From assembly GCA_041697335.1 (NCBI GenBank), contig JBGUGD010000030.1, positions 89,665-153,664 on the forward strand: DNA of 64,000 bases, read 5' to 3'. The position numbers and the translations under genes are program-made. Below are positions 8,841 to 18,482 of this stretch, in pieces. The notes below the pieces were generated by a model. That model searched no databases. It was not told where the DNA came from and saw only the letters and a program-made list of their open reading frames with translations. This stretch comes from Vampirovibrionaceae bacterium NZW_1234. GTDB taxonomy: Bacteria > Cyanobacteriota > Vampirovibrionia > Vampirovibrionales > JAGQHJ01. Positions within the stretch are counted from its first letter, which is position 1. Each line of letters opens with the position of its first letter.

Positions 8841-10979
8841 ATGAAAACGCACGAAACCTATATTATTGAGCACGCCAATGACGATGTTTTTAAAATTGAT
8901 ATTGGCCTTATTTTTCATTTAGTGAAACGCTATCTCCCCCATAGTATTAGTATCGGGGTTGTTTGTGTGCTATTGGTAGGACTTTCCCTGCATTTCTATC
9001 AGGAAAAATATACCTCTGATGCCACGTTGATGCTGAGTTTGCGAGAAATCCCTGGGGTTATTAAAGAAAACCAATCTCGTGGTCCATTGGGAGAAGGGAC
9101 TGGTGGTATTCTTCTTGATCCCTTTAAAATTCAGGAGGAATTATTACGTAACCGTGTGTTTCTTTCTCGGGTTTATAAGAACCTCCAGGCAACCAAGCAA
9201 ATACCTGAGCTTAACTCCCCTGGTACACTTGCCAAAGCAATTTCCACAAAACACCCTCCTGGGACCGAGTTTTTGAAAATCAGTGTCACGTGGCCCAACC
9301 CGGTTGAATCCCAGCAGATTGCCAATGTGTTGGTGAAAACGTTTCAAGAGTATACTGAGGAGATTGAGTTGGCTCCTCTAAGAGCCAGAGAGCGCAATCT
9401 CAATAAACAACTTCTTGCGGCCTCAAGTAGTTTAAGTGATATTGAGCACAAAATTGAGAATTACCAGGAAACCCATAATCTGGTTAACTTGGACCAGGAA
9501 GGGAGCCAATTACTGAACCGGTATGGATTGTTGCTCAAGGATTATGAAGAAAAAGAAGCTCAGTATGCCGGTATTACTCAGCAAATTGCCCAAATTCATC
9601 GGCAATTGAATATGGATACGGACTCTGCGATTCGCTCAGCCTCTGTAGGACAAAGCCAGATTTATCCGAAATTAATTTCCGAGCTGGCTGAGTATGAGAA
9701 AGAATATAATACCAAGGCCTTAATTTACACGCCTGCCAGTCAGCAGCTCAAACTCCTTCAAGAGCAGATTGCCGTTTTAAAAAAGCAAATTGACAGTTAC
9801 GAGGTTCTTACTGTGGGGCGGAAGCTGGATAAAGGCAAAACCTTGATCTTGGATACCATTCGCTCCAGAGCCGTTGAACGTTTGACGGAGCTTGAATCTC
9901 AAAAGAAAGCCATTGAGTCTACCCAGGCTGTGTTAAAGGGGCAAATTGAGCAAATCAGACTTGGCATGAATCAATTGCCGGAAAAGCAACTGGCGTATGC
10001 GCAGTTAATCATGCAGCAAAAACATTGGACCAATGTGGTGGAGCGATTAAAGGATAATATTGCCGAAGTTCAGTTGCAACAATATTATCAGCGGCTTTTT
10101 GTTCTAACGCCGCCAAGCCTGCCCAAATCGGCGTCATTTCCCAATAAGCTTCATTTTCTGTTGATGGCCTTTGTCGCAGGTCTTGCCTTGCCCACCGCCG
10201 GCTTGGTTGGGACGCAATATTTGCGCCTGGTGGGTGTGGTGAAACCCTTTATGGTGGAAGAGGATTTTCAATTACCGGTACTGGCTGTGCTGCCTTGGTT
10301 GAAAAAGCATCCCTCGAATCAAGCCCAGGACATTTTAACCGGGTCATATCAGTCGTTGGCCTTGAATGTCAAAACCATGGCCTCTCATGCCAATAAAAAA
10401 GTCTTCTCCCTGGCGACCGGATTCTCAGACGGCCGTCAGCGCTCCCAAGTACTTGTCAATCTGGCCATTGGGTTGGCTCAAGCGGGTGACAAGGTGTTGC
10501 TGCTGGATGCCAATTTACGCAGCCCTGCCATGCTTTACACCTTGGGTGAATCTGCCGACCACGGTCCTGGGTTATCGACCATTGTGCATGAACTGCAACA
10601 GATGAGTGACCAGGTGGCAGCGATGCCTCCTGCCATGTTTAAAGCGTGGATAACGCCCTATGTCCGAGCCACTCGGGTTCATCCCAATGTTTCTTATATC
10701 CCCACAGACACGACTGTGGAGCAGGTATTTGAATTATTTAACGCCAAGGGCTTCGATCAGTTTGTATCACACATTAAAGAGCATTACGATTGGGTTTTAT
10801 TTGACGCCCCATCCATTCTAAACAGTGCCGAATCTTGTGCCTTGCTGCGCAAGGTGGATGGGTTGATTCTTCTCTTGGAGCGTTTGACCTCGACCCAACA
10901 CTTGAAAGAGATTGTTCAGAAAGTGCAAAAAGTAGATGGCACCATTGATGGTGTTGTGATGCGGGAGCCCGAGTTTTAA
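8841..10979 (+). CDS. Wzc/PCP-2-like polysaccharide co-polymerase with a degenerate C-terminal BY-kinase-like P-loop domain
   Basis: TM1 near residue 40. A long coiled-coil Wzz-like periplasmic domain follows. TM2 lies near residue 440. The cytoplasmic domain has a Walker A' (VLLLDANLRSP) and a Walker B-like DWVLFDAPS. The Walker A is TGFSDGRQRS, where GKT has become QRS. There is no C-terminal Tyr cluster. Confidence 0.7.
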   Translation: MKTHETYIIEHANDDVFKIDIGLIFHLVKRYLPHSISIGVVCVLLVGLSLHFYQEKYTSDATLMLSLREIPGVIKENQSRGPLGEGTGGILLDPFKIQEELLRNRVFLSRVYKNLQATKQIPELNSPGTLAKAISTKHPPGTEFLKISVTWPNPVESQQIANVLVKTFQEYTEEIELAPLRARERNLNKQLLAASSSLSDIEHKIENYQETHNLVNLDQEGSQLLNRYGLLLKDYEEKEAQYAGITQQIAQIHRQLNMDTDSAIRSASVGQSQIYPKLISELAEYEKEYNTKALIYTPASQQLKLLQEQIAVLKKQIDSYEVLTVGRKLDKGKTLILDTIRSRAVERLTELESQKKAIESTQAVLKGQIEQIRLGMNQLPEKQLAYAQLIMQQKHWTNVVERLKDNIAEVQLQQYYQRLFVLTPPSLPKSASFPNKLHFLLMAFVAGLALPTAGLVGTQYLRLVGVVKPFMVEEDFQLPVLAVLPWLKKHPSNQAQDILTGSYQSLALNVKTMASHANKKVFSLATGFSDGRQRSQVLVNLAIGLAQAGDKVLLLDANLRSPAMLYTLGESADHGPGLSTIVHELQQMSDQVAAMPPAMFKAWITPYVRATRVHPNVSYIPTDTTVEQVFELFNAKGFDQFVSHIKEHYDWVLFDAPSILNSAESCALLRKVDGLILLLERLTSTQHLKEIVQKVQKVDGTIDGVVMREPEF

Positions 10980-10997
10980 AGCAGCTTTACCGTCAGT

Positions 10998-12797
10998 TTA
11001 GGCGCTGTTTCGGATAGTCATCACGCTGGAAAACCCCGAAAAGTTCAGCGTGCTGATGGCCGATTGTTGGGACTGAAATTGGGTCATCAATTTTTCCAGT
11101 TGTTTAAACTCGTTTCGATAGCGTTTTTCTTTGGCATCAAGCAGGGTTTGTTGGCGAGCGATAGCTTGATCCAGGGATTTGATCTGGGCATTGGCCGAGG
11201 CGCTTCGACTGGAAAATAGGCCAAACTCCGGATTCAGTGCGTTTGTCAGGGTGTCCAGGGCGGTGTAGAGTAACCCTTTCTGGCTCCCATTGCCAATCAA
11301 CAGGGTTTTCACTTCATCCGGATTGGTGGTTAATGCTTGATTCAGTTGAGGGGTATTGAGGGAAAAGGTTTTGGAAACTTGAGTGCTACCCGGGCTTGCG
11401 GCTCCTGTGGAAAAGCCGATACTGGCCAGGGTTTTGACACTGGTAAGATTCAGGTTGCTGCTGGCTGCCGAGGTGAATTGGGAAAACAGGGTATTTCGTA
11501 AATTCACAAGGCCGCTTTCACCGGCCAGGGCGCCGCCTTTGGCGGTTTGCAGATCAATGGTGGCGATGAGGTCATTCAGGTCATTGGCGACGGTTTGTAA
11601 GGCCTCGCTGAGTCTGCTGGTATTCTGGGCGATGGTAATGGTGGTGCCATTGCTGACCTTGTTCAGGTTTAAGGTCACGCCGCTGAGGCCTGTAATATCT
11701 TCCCCCAAGTTGTTTGAGGCGCTTTGCAAGGTGGTGCCCCCATTGATGCTGACACGGGCATTTTGGCCCAAGGTTTGGGAACTCAAACTGTCATTGCCGT
11801 TGACCAGCCCCAGGGACTGCAGGACGTTGGTGCCATTGTCGTCGAAAAAAATGGCGAGGTTGCCGGTGGTTTTGGAGGTGGCGGTGAGTTTATTGGTGTT
11901 GGGGTCGAAGGCCAGTTGAACGCCACTGGCGGCGTTGCTGTTGACGGCCTCAATAAAGCCCTTGAGCGTGGTGGTGTTGGTGACGGTTATGTTGGCCTGG
12001 CCAATGGTAAGGGTTCCCGCTTGAATGGCATTGGCCCTTAAATTGGCGCCATTGCCCACAAGCGTGCCGTTCAGGTTCAGGGTGGTCAATTGCCCCGCAC
12101 CGGTAAAGTCGGTGTTGGTTTGGCTGCCGGTGGTGAGTTTGGTCAGGGTGGCAAAATTGGACGTATCGGTTCCGGCACCAAATTTGAGTCTGGTGCCGTC
12201 GGCCACCGTGAATTCGATTTGACCGTCACTGTTGACACTCCCCGAGGCTGCTTGTCCGGAGATGCTGGCGATGGACTGGGAAACCCGATCCAGGACATTT
12301 TGGATGCTGTCGCTGTTATTGACGGTGATTTTTGCGGCTTGATTATTGACAAAAATGCTGAATTCCCCTGCTTTTACGGTTCCCTGGGCAATACTCAAAA
12401 TGCTGTCATTGCCGGTCGCGACCTTCCCAATGGGATTGAGGCTGGTGGCCTTGGTGGCTATGGCCAGTGCTTGAACATCAAGGCTCAGGCTGCCCGGATT
12501 GGCTTGATTGGTGACGGTAGCCGTGACACTGGTGGTATCGGAGCTGGTTGCTGTCTTGGCGGAGAACAGATCGAAACTGGTCCCGAGGTTGGCTGAAGTC
12601 AGGGTGGAAAGGCTGTTTTTGAGCTTTGAAAACTTGTTGGCAATAGCACTGAACTGGGTCTGCTGGGTTGATACGGTGGCTTTCTGCCGGACCAGCGTAT
12701 TGAGTGGGCGTTGATCGATTTTGAGCAACGCATTGACGATGTCGTTGACCGGAAGTCCGGAAGAAATGCCACCAAACTGGATACTCATGGTGCCCAC
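10998..12797 (-). CDS. fliD: flagellar filament cap protein FliD (hook-associated protein 2), paralogue 1
   Basis: The N-terminal GGISSGLPVNDIVNALLKIDQRPL..L...K......Q..F is the FliD N-domain. The C-terminal QIKSLDQAIARQQTLLDAKEKRYRNEFKQLEKLMTQFQSQQSAI is the FliD C-domain. The middle is Thr/Asn/Gly-rich. The ORF-track start is a GTG at 12797; an ATG at 12788 (MSIQF...) is more likely. Confidence 0.8.
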   Translation of the reverse strand: MGTMSIQFGGISSGLPVNDIVNALLKIDQRPLNTLVRQKATVSTQQTQFSAIANKFSKLKNSLSTLTSANLGTSFDLFSAKTATSSDTTSVTATVTNQANPGSLSLDVQALAIATKATSLNPIGKVATGNDSILSIAQGTVKAGEFSIFVNNQAAKITVNNSDSIQNVLDRVSQSIASISGQAASGSVNSDGQIEFTVADGTRLKFGAGTDTSNFATLTKLTTGSQTNTDFTGAGQLTTLNLNGTLVGNGANLRANAIQAGTLTIGQANITVTNTTTLKGFIEAVNSNAASGVQLAFDPNTNKLTATSKTTGNLAIFFDDNGTNVLQSLGLVNGNDSLSSQTLGQNARVSINGGTTLQSASNNLGEDITGLSGVTLNLNKVSNGTTITIAQNTSRLSEALQTVANDLNDLIATIDLQTAKGGALAGESGLVNLRNTLFSQFTSAASSNLNLTSVKTLASIGFSTGAASPGSTQVSKTFSLNTPQLNQALTTNPDEVKTLLIGNGSQKGLLYTALDTLTNALNPEFGLFSSRSASANAQIKSLDQAIARQQTLLDAKEKRYRNEFKQLEKLMTQFQSQQSAISTLNFSGFSSVMTIRNSA

Positions 12798-12968
12798 TTT
12801 ATACGCTGCGTAATACCCTGGAGACCCTAAAAGCGCACTTTCTATTGAGGTATTATTCCCAGCCTCGTGCCCGGGCTAACGCTGTTTGGCCGATGTTGCA
12901 ATGAAACGTTACAGTTTCAAAAGCCTATCCGTGTGTCTTATCCGAGGGCCAGGTCAGATGTCCTGGTT

Positions 12969-12997
12969 TTGACACTTGGGCAGGAACCCGTTAAGCT
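12969..12997 (+). promoter_or_regulatory. candidate sigma70 promoter of the CDF transporter gene, with an upstream hairpin
   Basis: TTGACA (12969-12974), a 17-nt spacer, then TAAGCT (12992-12997). This would give a very short 5' UTR, since the ATG is at 13007. A CCAGG-N8-CCTGG hairpin plus T-run (12948-12970) overlaps the -35. Confidence 0.35.
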
Positions 12998-13006
12998 CAA
13001 AGGACG

Positions 13007-13945
13007 ATGAAGCATTCTCATTCCCATTCGCATTCTTCTGCACCGCACGCCCATCATCATTGTGGCGGCCCTCATGAGGGTGCCAGCAACATTTCCCGGT
13101 TGCTAATCGTGCTGATTATCACCACAGTCTATATGCTGGTCGAGTTCATTGGTGGCTTGTGGTCCAACAGTTTGGCTCTGCTCGCCGATGCCGGGCACAT
13201 GCTGACCGATGTGGGGGCCATCGGCTTGGCCTTGTTTGCTGCCTGGTTTGCCGAACATCCGCCGTCGCCTCAAAAAACCTATGGCTATTATCGCCTGGAG
13301 ATTCTGGCCGCCTTTTTGAACGGGGTACTTCTGGCCTTGATTTCCCTGTACATCTTTTACGAGGCCTTTCACCGCATGCATCATCCCGCGGTGGTTGAGG
13401 GAAATATGTTGACCTGGGTGGCCGTTGGGGGCTTGGTGGCCAATTTAAGCTCGGCTGCGGTACTTATTGGGGCTGGGAAATCCAATTTGAATGTGCGGGC
13501 GGCCTTGATGCATGTGATCTCGGACTCGTTGGGTTCGGTGGGTGCCATATTGGCCGGGATTGCCATTACGGTGTTTCACTTTGTTCAGGCCGATCCGATT
13601 ATCAGTATTGTGATTGCGGTGATGGTGCTGATTAACGCCTGGAAGCTGATTCAAGAGGCGGTTAATATTCTTCTGGAAGCCAGCCCGGCCCACCTCAGCG
13701 TTGCTGACATCCGAACGGCTTTGCATGAGCTTCATGAAGTGGCCGCCGTTCATGACTTGCATGTGTGGACCATTACCTCGGGCAAAGATGCCTTGAGCGT
13801 TCATGTGGTGGTGTCCGATCCGGTCCACTTTACGCCGGACCTGGTGAGTAAAGTCCGCCAGCTGCTGAAAGAGAAGTTTGGGATTACCCACTTAACCGTG
13901 CAACTGGAGCCACCGGACTTTGAAGAGGATGAGATCCACTTCTAG
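13007..13945 (+). CDS. cation diffusion facilitator (CzcD/ZitB-like Zn/Co/Cd efflux)
   Basis: A His-rich N-terminus (HSHSHSHSSAPHAHHH). It has 6 TM helices, a C-terminal cytoplasmic domain and HDLHVW. Length is typical of CDF transporters. Confidence 0.85.
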   Translation: MKHSHSHSHSSAPHAHHHCGGPHEGASNISRLLIVLIITTVYMLVEFIGGLWSNSLALLADAGHMLTDVGAIGLALFAAWFAEHPPSPQKTYGYYRLEILAAFLNGVLLALISLYIFYEAFHRMHHPAVVEGNMLTWVAVGGLVANLSSAAVLIGAGKSNLNVRAALMHVISDSLGSVGAILAGIAITVFHFVQADPIISIVIAVMVLINAWKLIQEAVNILLEASPAHLSVADIRTALHELHEVAAVHDLHVWTITSGKDALSVHVVVSDPVHFTPDLVSKVRQLLKEKFGITHLTVQLEPPDFEEDEIHF

Positions 13946-14086
13946 CAGGCGATAGCTTCTTTTCTTGTAGGCCGATGCGGTTGAAGCACGCGTTACGAAA
14001 TTCAACAAAGTCTAGGCAAGCGGGTGTGTTTGCGGTTAAATGCAATCCGCTTACTACATGGGTTGGACACATATTGGGGAGGGTTT

Positions 14087-15802
14087 ATGCGTATTGGATT
14101 TTCAATGGGATCCGGGCTGGTTCGCTTCCAAGGGGCATCGGTCGTGGTGACCCGACGTGACGGGGCTTCGGAAGAAACACAGCAACTGGTGGTGGCCGAT
14201 GGGCGTCGGGTGACGGTGTCTCAGGACAGCCAGGGCAAATTCAGGCTCAAAAGCACGGATCCGAAATTAAAACGGCATTTTCAGGGGCCGGGGTTTGATC
14301 AGGTGCAGATCACCCGCGTCGATGAGCGGAGCAAAGTTGTGGCCGACGGCTGTGCTCTCACGGTTCAGACCGTTGGGGAAAAAGGCCATCTCTCGGCCAT
14401 TAATGGGGCGCAGGTCACGGTGGGCCACATTCAAGGCGGTGCCGTTGCCAGTGATGCGCAATCCCGGATTCAGCCTTTTCTTGCCGCATCAGCGTCGGCT
14501 CACACCACAGAGGAACAGGGTGGCCCCCCCAAAACCGTAACCCTGGATGAGGCTGAAGCCAATCCCTTTTCGGCTCTCGTCTATCAATTTAACCGGGTGG
14601 CCGATATGCTGAAGCTTTCTCCCTTTAGTCGAGAGCTTCTGGCCGGGACCTACCGGGAATTAAGGGTCCAGCTTCCGGTGAAAATGGATGATGGCAGCCA
14701 GAAGATCTTTTGGGGGTATCGTGTCCAGCACAATGGGGCTCGAGGACCCTATAAGGGGGGAATTCGCTTTCATCCCCAGGCCAACCTGGATGAAGTGCGT
14801 GCCCTGGCCGCAGGGATGACCTGGAAAACCGCCTTGATGGGGTTAGAACTCGGTGGGGCCAAGGGAGGTGTCATTTGTGACCCGGCGAAACTGTCCCGGC
14901 GTGAATTGGAGCAACTGACCCGCAAGTACACCCGCAGTATTGGCAAGATCATTGGCCCGGAGCGCGATATCCCCGGCCCCGATGTGGGGACCAATGAGCA
15001 AACCATGGCCTGGATTATGGATCAATACAGCCAGGAATTCGGCCACAGCCCCGATGTCGTGACAGGCAAACCGCTGTCGCTGGGTGGAATTGTCGGGCGG
15101 ACTTCGGCCACGGGGCGAGGGGCTTTCTTCGTTTTGGAAGAAGCCTGCAAGGATTTGAATCTGCCTTTGAAGGCAAGTACGGCCGTGATTCAGGGCTTTG
15201 GCAATGTGGGCTATCACCTGGCCAAGAACATGGCCGATGCCGGGGTCAAGGTCATTGCCGTGAGTGCCGTGGATGGGGGCATTGTGTCGGAGTCCGGAGA
15301 GGGGCTGGATATTGATGCCCTTAAGGCCTACGCCGACCAGCACAAGACATTAATCGGCTTTCCGGGGACCCGACCCATCAGCAATGACGAGATGTTGACG
15401 CTCAAAACGGATATTCTGGCCCCTGCGGCTCTGGGCGAAGTGATTACCGGCAAGAATGCCCATCAGATTCAGGCTCGGCTGATTCTGGAAGGGGCCAACC
15501 ACCCGACCACGCCCAAGGCCGATGTGATCCTCCAGCAAAAGGGGGTTGTGGTCGTCCCGGATATTCTGGCCAATGCCGGTGGGGTGACGGTATCCTACTT
15601 TGAATGTGCCCAGAATAAGCAATTCTACAAGTGGGATGCCCAGCGTGTGGACCAGGAGCTTCGCCAGAAGATGGTCAGCAGCTATCGCCAAGTTAAGACG
15701 GTGGCCGATGAGAAGAAGATCCCCATGCGTGATGCTGCCTTTATGATTGCCATTCAGCGGGTCATGGAGTCGGATAAGGCTCGGGGCTATATTGAAAACT
15801 AG
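14087..15802 (+). CDS. Glu/Leu/Phe/Val-family (glutamate) dehydrogenase carrying an N-terminal extension of about 150 aa
   Basis: Residues about 150-571 match GDH (MDDGSQKIFWGYRVQHNGARGPYKGGIRFHP; GLELGGAKGG; the Rossmann motif GFGNVG). An upstream beta-rich region of about 150 aa has no alternative in-frame start codon. The start at 14087 follows GGGGAGG. Confidence 0.8.
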   Translation: MRIGFSMGSGLVRFQGASVVVTRRDGASEETQQLVVADGRRVTVSQDSQGKFRLKSTDPKLKRHFQGPGFDQVQITRVDERSKVVADGCALTVQTVGEKGHLSAINGAQVTVGHIQGGAVASDAQSRIQPFLAASASAHTTEEQGGPPKTVTLDEAEANPFSALVYQFNRVADMLKLSPFSRELLAGTYRELRVQLPVKMDDGSQKIFWGYRVQHNGARGPYKGGIRFHPQANLDEVRALAAGMTWKTALMGLELGGAKGGVICDPAKLSRRELEQLTRKYTRSIGKIIGPERDIPGPDVGTNEQTMAWIMDQYSQEFGHSPDVVTGKPLSLGGIVGRTSATGRGAFFVLEEACKDLNLPLKASTAVIQGFGNVGYHLAKNMADAGVKVIAVSAVDGGIVSESGEGLDIDALKAYADQHKTLIGFPGTRPISNDEMLTLKTDILAPAALGEVITGKNAHQIQARLILEGANHPTTPKADVILQQKGVVVVPDILANAGGVTVSYFECAQNKQFYKWDAQRVDQELRQKMVSSYRQVKTVADEKKIPMRDAAFMIAIQRVMESDKARGYIEN

Positions 15803-15826
15803 TTCTTGCTCTTCCCGACGGTGAAA

Positions 15827-16831
15827 TTAGGCCTGACTCTTCTCGTCCAGACGTGTCTTCAGGTCGGCGTAGAGCAGGGCCATCCAACAGGTGCCCAAGG
15901 GTAAGAGTAGCGCCGATACGATGGTGTACAGCAGCGTCTGGATAATTTCATGAGCGAGCAACGCCGGCTTCTCCGCAAGCATCCGGTAGGCCGTGGCCAG
16001 AAAGGGATAGTCGGCCTGGGTCTCTAGGACACTGGGCGTTGTTTTGGAGAGGATGTAGCTGACACCGATCTCCATGCCGCTGGCCAAGAGCTGGGTGAGC
16101 TTCAGGGCTTGGCACAGGACCAGCACGAGGGACGGCAATAAAAACTGGGTTGCAATGACGGCTATGGCCAGAATGGTCAGGGTCTTAAAAATGTCCACAC
16201 TCACCAGATCGAGGCTTCGAAACAGTGAGGCGCCGGCCGAGCCCGGCGTGAAGGCGAAGACCTGAAAGACCAGGGAGAAAAAGATGAGAAGGATTCCGCC
16301 CAGGACCAAGCCCACCAGAATAATCAGCAGGGCCGCAATGACACAGCCCCAATACCAATCCGGGTTGGCTGCCGAGATGCTGAGGGGAATCACGGCCAGA
16401 CCCAGGGGAATAAACAGAATGGCAAACAGAAAGCTCCAGATGAGGGAGTAGTCCACCGAACGGCTGACGACCCGCAGATAGAACGCATCCACATGGTCAC
16501 TGGTGCCGTTCTCCACCAGATCCCGGGCCAAGAGGTTGAGGGCCGTCACCCAGACAATATAGCGCCAGAACCCATGGAAAAAGATGTACATGCCGGGCAG
16601 ATTGGCCAGCAGAAAGATAAACCACAACGCCCAGACATTGAGCTGGGGGACATAGGTGGTCAACAGGTCGACCGACTCGAAGGTGAGGACAATCCAGAAA
16701 ATGACGCCGATGAGCTGGGCCCCCAGCGGGTAAAACAAGGGGCGTGTCAAACTCAGCCAGTGGTGACCATACACGCCAGTGCCCTGGGTCAGAATCTCGC
16801 CAATGGTGCGTCGCTGATAGAACGGCGCCAA
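15827..16831 (-). CDS. hypothetical polytopic membrane protein
   Basis: 334 aa with about 8 hydrophobic helices and no recognisable catalytic motif. Confidence 0.5.
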   Translation of the reverse strand: MAPFYQRRTIGEILTQGTGVYGHHWLSLTRPLFYPLGAQLIGVIFWIVLTFESVDLLTTYVPQLNVWALWFIFLLANLPGMYIFFHGFWRYIVWVTALNLLARDLVENGTSDHVDAFYLRVVSRSVDYSLIWSFLFAILFIPLGLAVIPLSISAANPDWYWGCVIAALLIILVGLVLGGILLIFFSLVFQVFAFTPGSAGASLFRSLDLVSVDIFKTLTILAIAVIATQFLLPSLVLVLCQALKLTQLLASGMEIGVSYILSKTTPSVLETQADYPFLATAYRMLAEKPALLAHEIIQTLLYTIVSALLLPLGTCWMALLYADLKTRLDEKSQA

Positions 16832-16858
16832 GGATCCGCCTTTCGGTGTTTTATGGGA

Positions 16859-18316
16859 TTAATGGTGCAGGACCGGTTCGGCAGCAACCAAGGTTTCCAG
16901 CCCTTGTTTAATTTTAGCGAAATTCTCGGGGTTGGTGGATTCCCAGTAGGCGCGGAGCAAGGGCTCGGTGCCGCTGGGGCGAACCACTAGCCACTCGTAG
17001 GTGTCGTTAAAGTAGAGCTTGACGCCGTCTCGGTGGTCGACCTCGCTGATGGGCAAGCCTTGGAAATCCTGGTCGGGTTTAAAGGCCTTTAACTGATTCA
17101 CCACGTCGACCTTACGGCTATCGCTCAGGTGATAGTTCTGAGAATCGTTGTAGAAGCGCATGCCGGCTTCGTTTAAGGTGTCTTCGTAAATCTGGCTCAT
17201 GGGCTTGCCTTCGTAGGCCATCATTTCCAGGAGCAAGAGGTCCGCCAGAACGCCGTCCTTCTCGGGGATATGGCCCAGGATGCTGAACCCGCCCGATTCT
17301 TCGCCGCCAATAATCACGTCATGCTCTCGCATGGCCTGGCCAATCCACTTGAACCCGACCGGGGTTTCGATGACCGGGACATTGCCGTAGACTTCGGCCA
17401 GGCGATCCAGGAGTTTGGAGGTGGCCAGACTGCGGACCACCACGCCGCGGTAGTTTTTGTTCTTGTAGAGGTGCCGGAACATCATCGGTACAATGTCATT
17501 GGCAATCAGGAACCGGCCGGTTTCATCCACCACCCCGAAGCGATCGGCATCCCCGTCCGAGGATAGGCCCAGGTCAAAGCCTTCGGCCTTGACGCGTTGA
17601 ATCAACTCGGGCAGGTACTCGGCCTTGGGCTCGGGCATGGTGCCGCCAAAGAGAGGGTCATGGCCGTCGTTCATGGTGGTGACCTGGATGCCGCACTCTT
17701 TTAATAAGGTGTCAATGTAGCCTTGGCCGGCACCGAACATGGGATCATACAGGACTTTCAGGTGTTTGGCTTCTGACAGTTTGTCAAAGTCCACCAGGGT
17801 CTTCAGGAAGGCCACATATTCGGCGCGCGGGTGAATGGTTTCAATGCGGCCTTTCTGGGTCACGTTGGTCGGCGGAACCACTTCGTCCGGGTGGGTTTCA
17901 AAGTGGCGGACGTTGGCCACAATCTTGTCGGTAATGTCCGGCAGGGCGGGACCGGCATATTCGGGAATGAACTTGATGCCCAGGTACTCGGGCGGGTTGT
18001 GGCTTGCCGTGAACATCATGGCTCCGGCGGTCTGGTGTTCCTTGGCGACATAGGCAATCACCGGAGTGGGGTGCCAAGTGTCGGCGAACTCGATGTTCAA
18101 GCCGTATTCGGTGAGGATGTTGGCTGCATGGCGGGCAAACTTATCGGCCAGAAAGCGCAGATCATACCCCACCACCACAGGCCGTTCGGTCCCGAAGCGA
18201 TCGAGCACGTAAAGGGCTATGGCCCGGGTTACGATTTCGACGTTGTCAAAGGTAAACTGCTTGGCAATGACTTCACGCCAGCCATCGGTACCGAACTTAA
18301 TCTGAGACTTCTGCAT
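16859..18316 (-). CDS. alpha-D-phosphohexomutase (phosphoglucomutase/phosphomannomutase family)
   Basis: The active-site loop FTASHNPPEYLGIKF (phospho-Ser motif), the metal-binding SSDGDADR motif, and the four-domain length. Confidence 0.85.
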   Translation of the reverse strand: MQKSQIKFGTDGWREVIAKQFTFDNVEIVTRAIALYVLDRFGTERPVVVGYDLRFLADKFARHAANILTEYGLNIEFADTWHPTPVIAYVAKEHQTAGAMMFTASHNPPEYLGIKFIPEYAGPALPDITDKIVANVRHFETHPDEVVPPTNVTQKGRIETIHPRAEYVAFLKTLVDFDKLSEAKHLKVLYDPMFGAGQGYIDTLLKECGIQVTTMNDGHDPLFGGTMPEPKAEYLPELIQRVKAEGFDLGLSSDGDADRFGVVDETGRFLIANDIVPMMFRHLYKNKNYRGVVVRSLATSKLLDRLAEVYGNVPVIETPVGFKWIGQAMREHDVIIGGEESGGFSILGHIPEKDGVLADLLLLEMMAYEGKPMSQIYEDTLNEAGMRFYNDSQNYHLSDSRKVDVVNQLKAFKPDQDFQGLPISEVDHRDGVKLYFNDTYEWLVVRPSGTEPLLRAYWESTNPENFAKIKQGLETLVAAEPVLHH

Positions 18317-18482
18317 TGGTCTGTCCTTTCTCCTCGCTCAGGTTCCCTTGAGAAGGCGCTTGGGTCTGGAAGTATGGATGAGCTTCCTGGCCGGTGCCTG
18401 TCACGGGAGATGAGCCACCCGCTTGTATGCTCCAGATTGTACCACACAGATGGTAGCGCTTCCCCGACTCTTCTCGGACATC

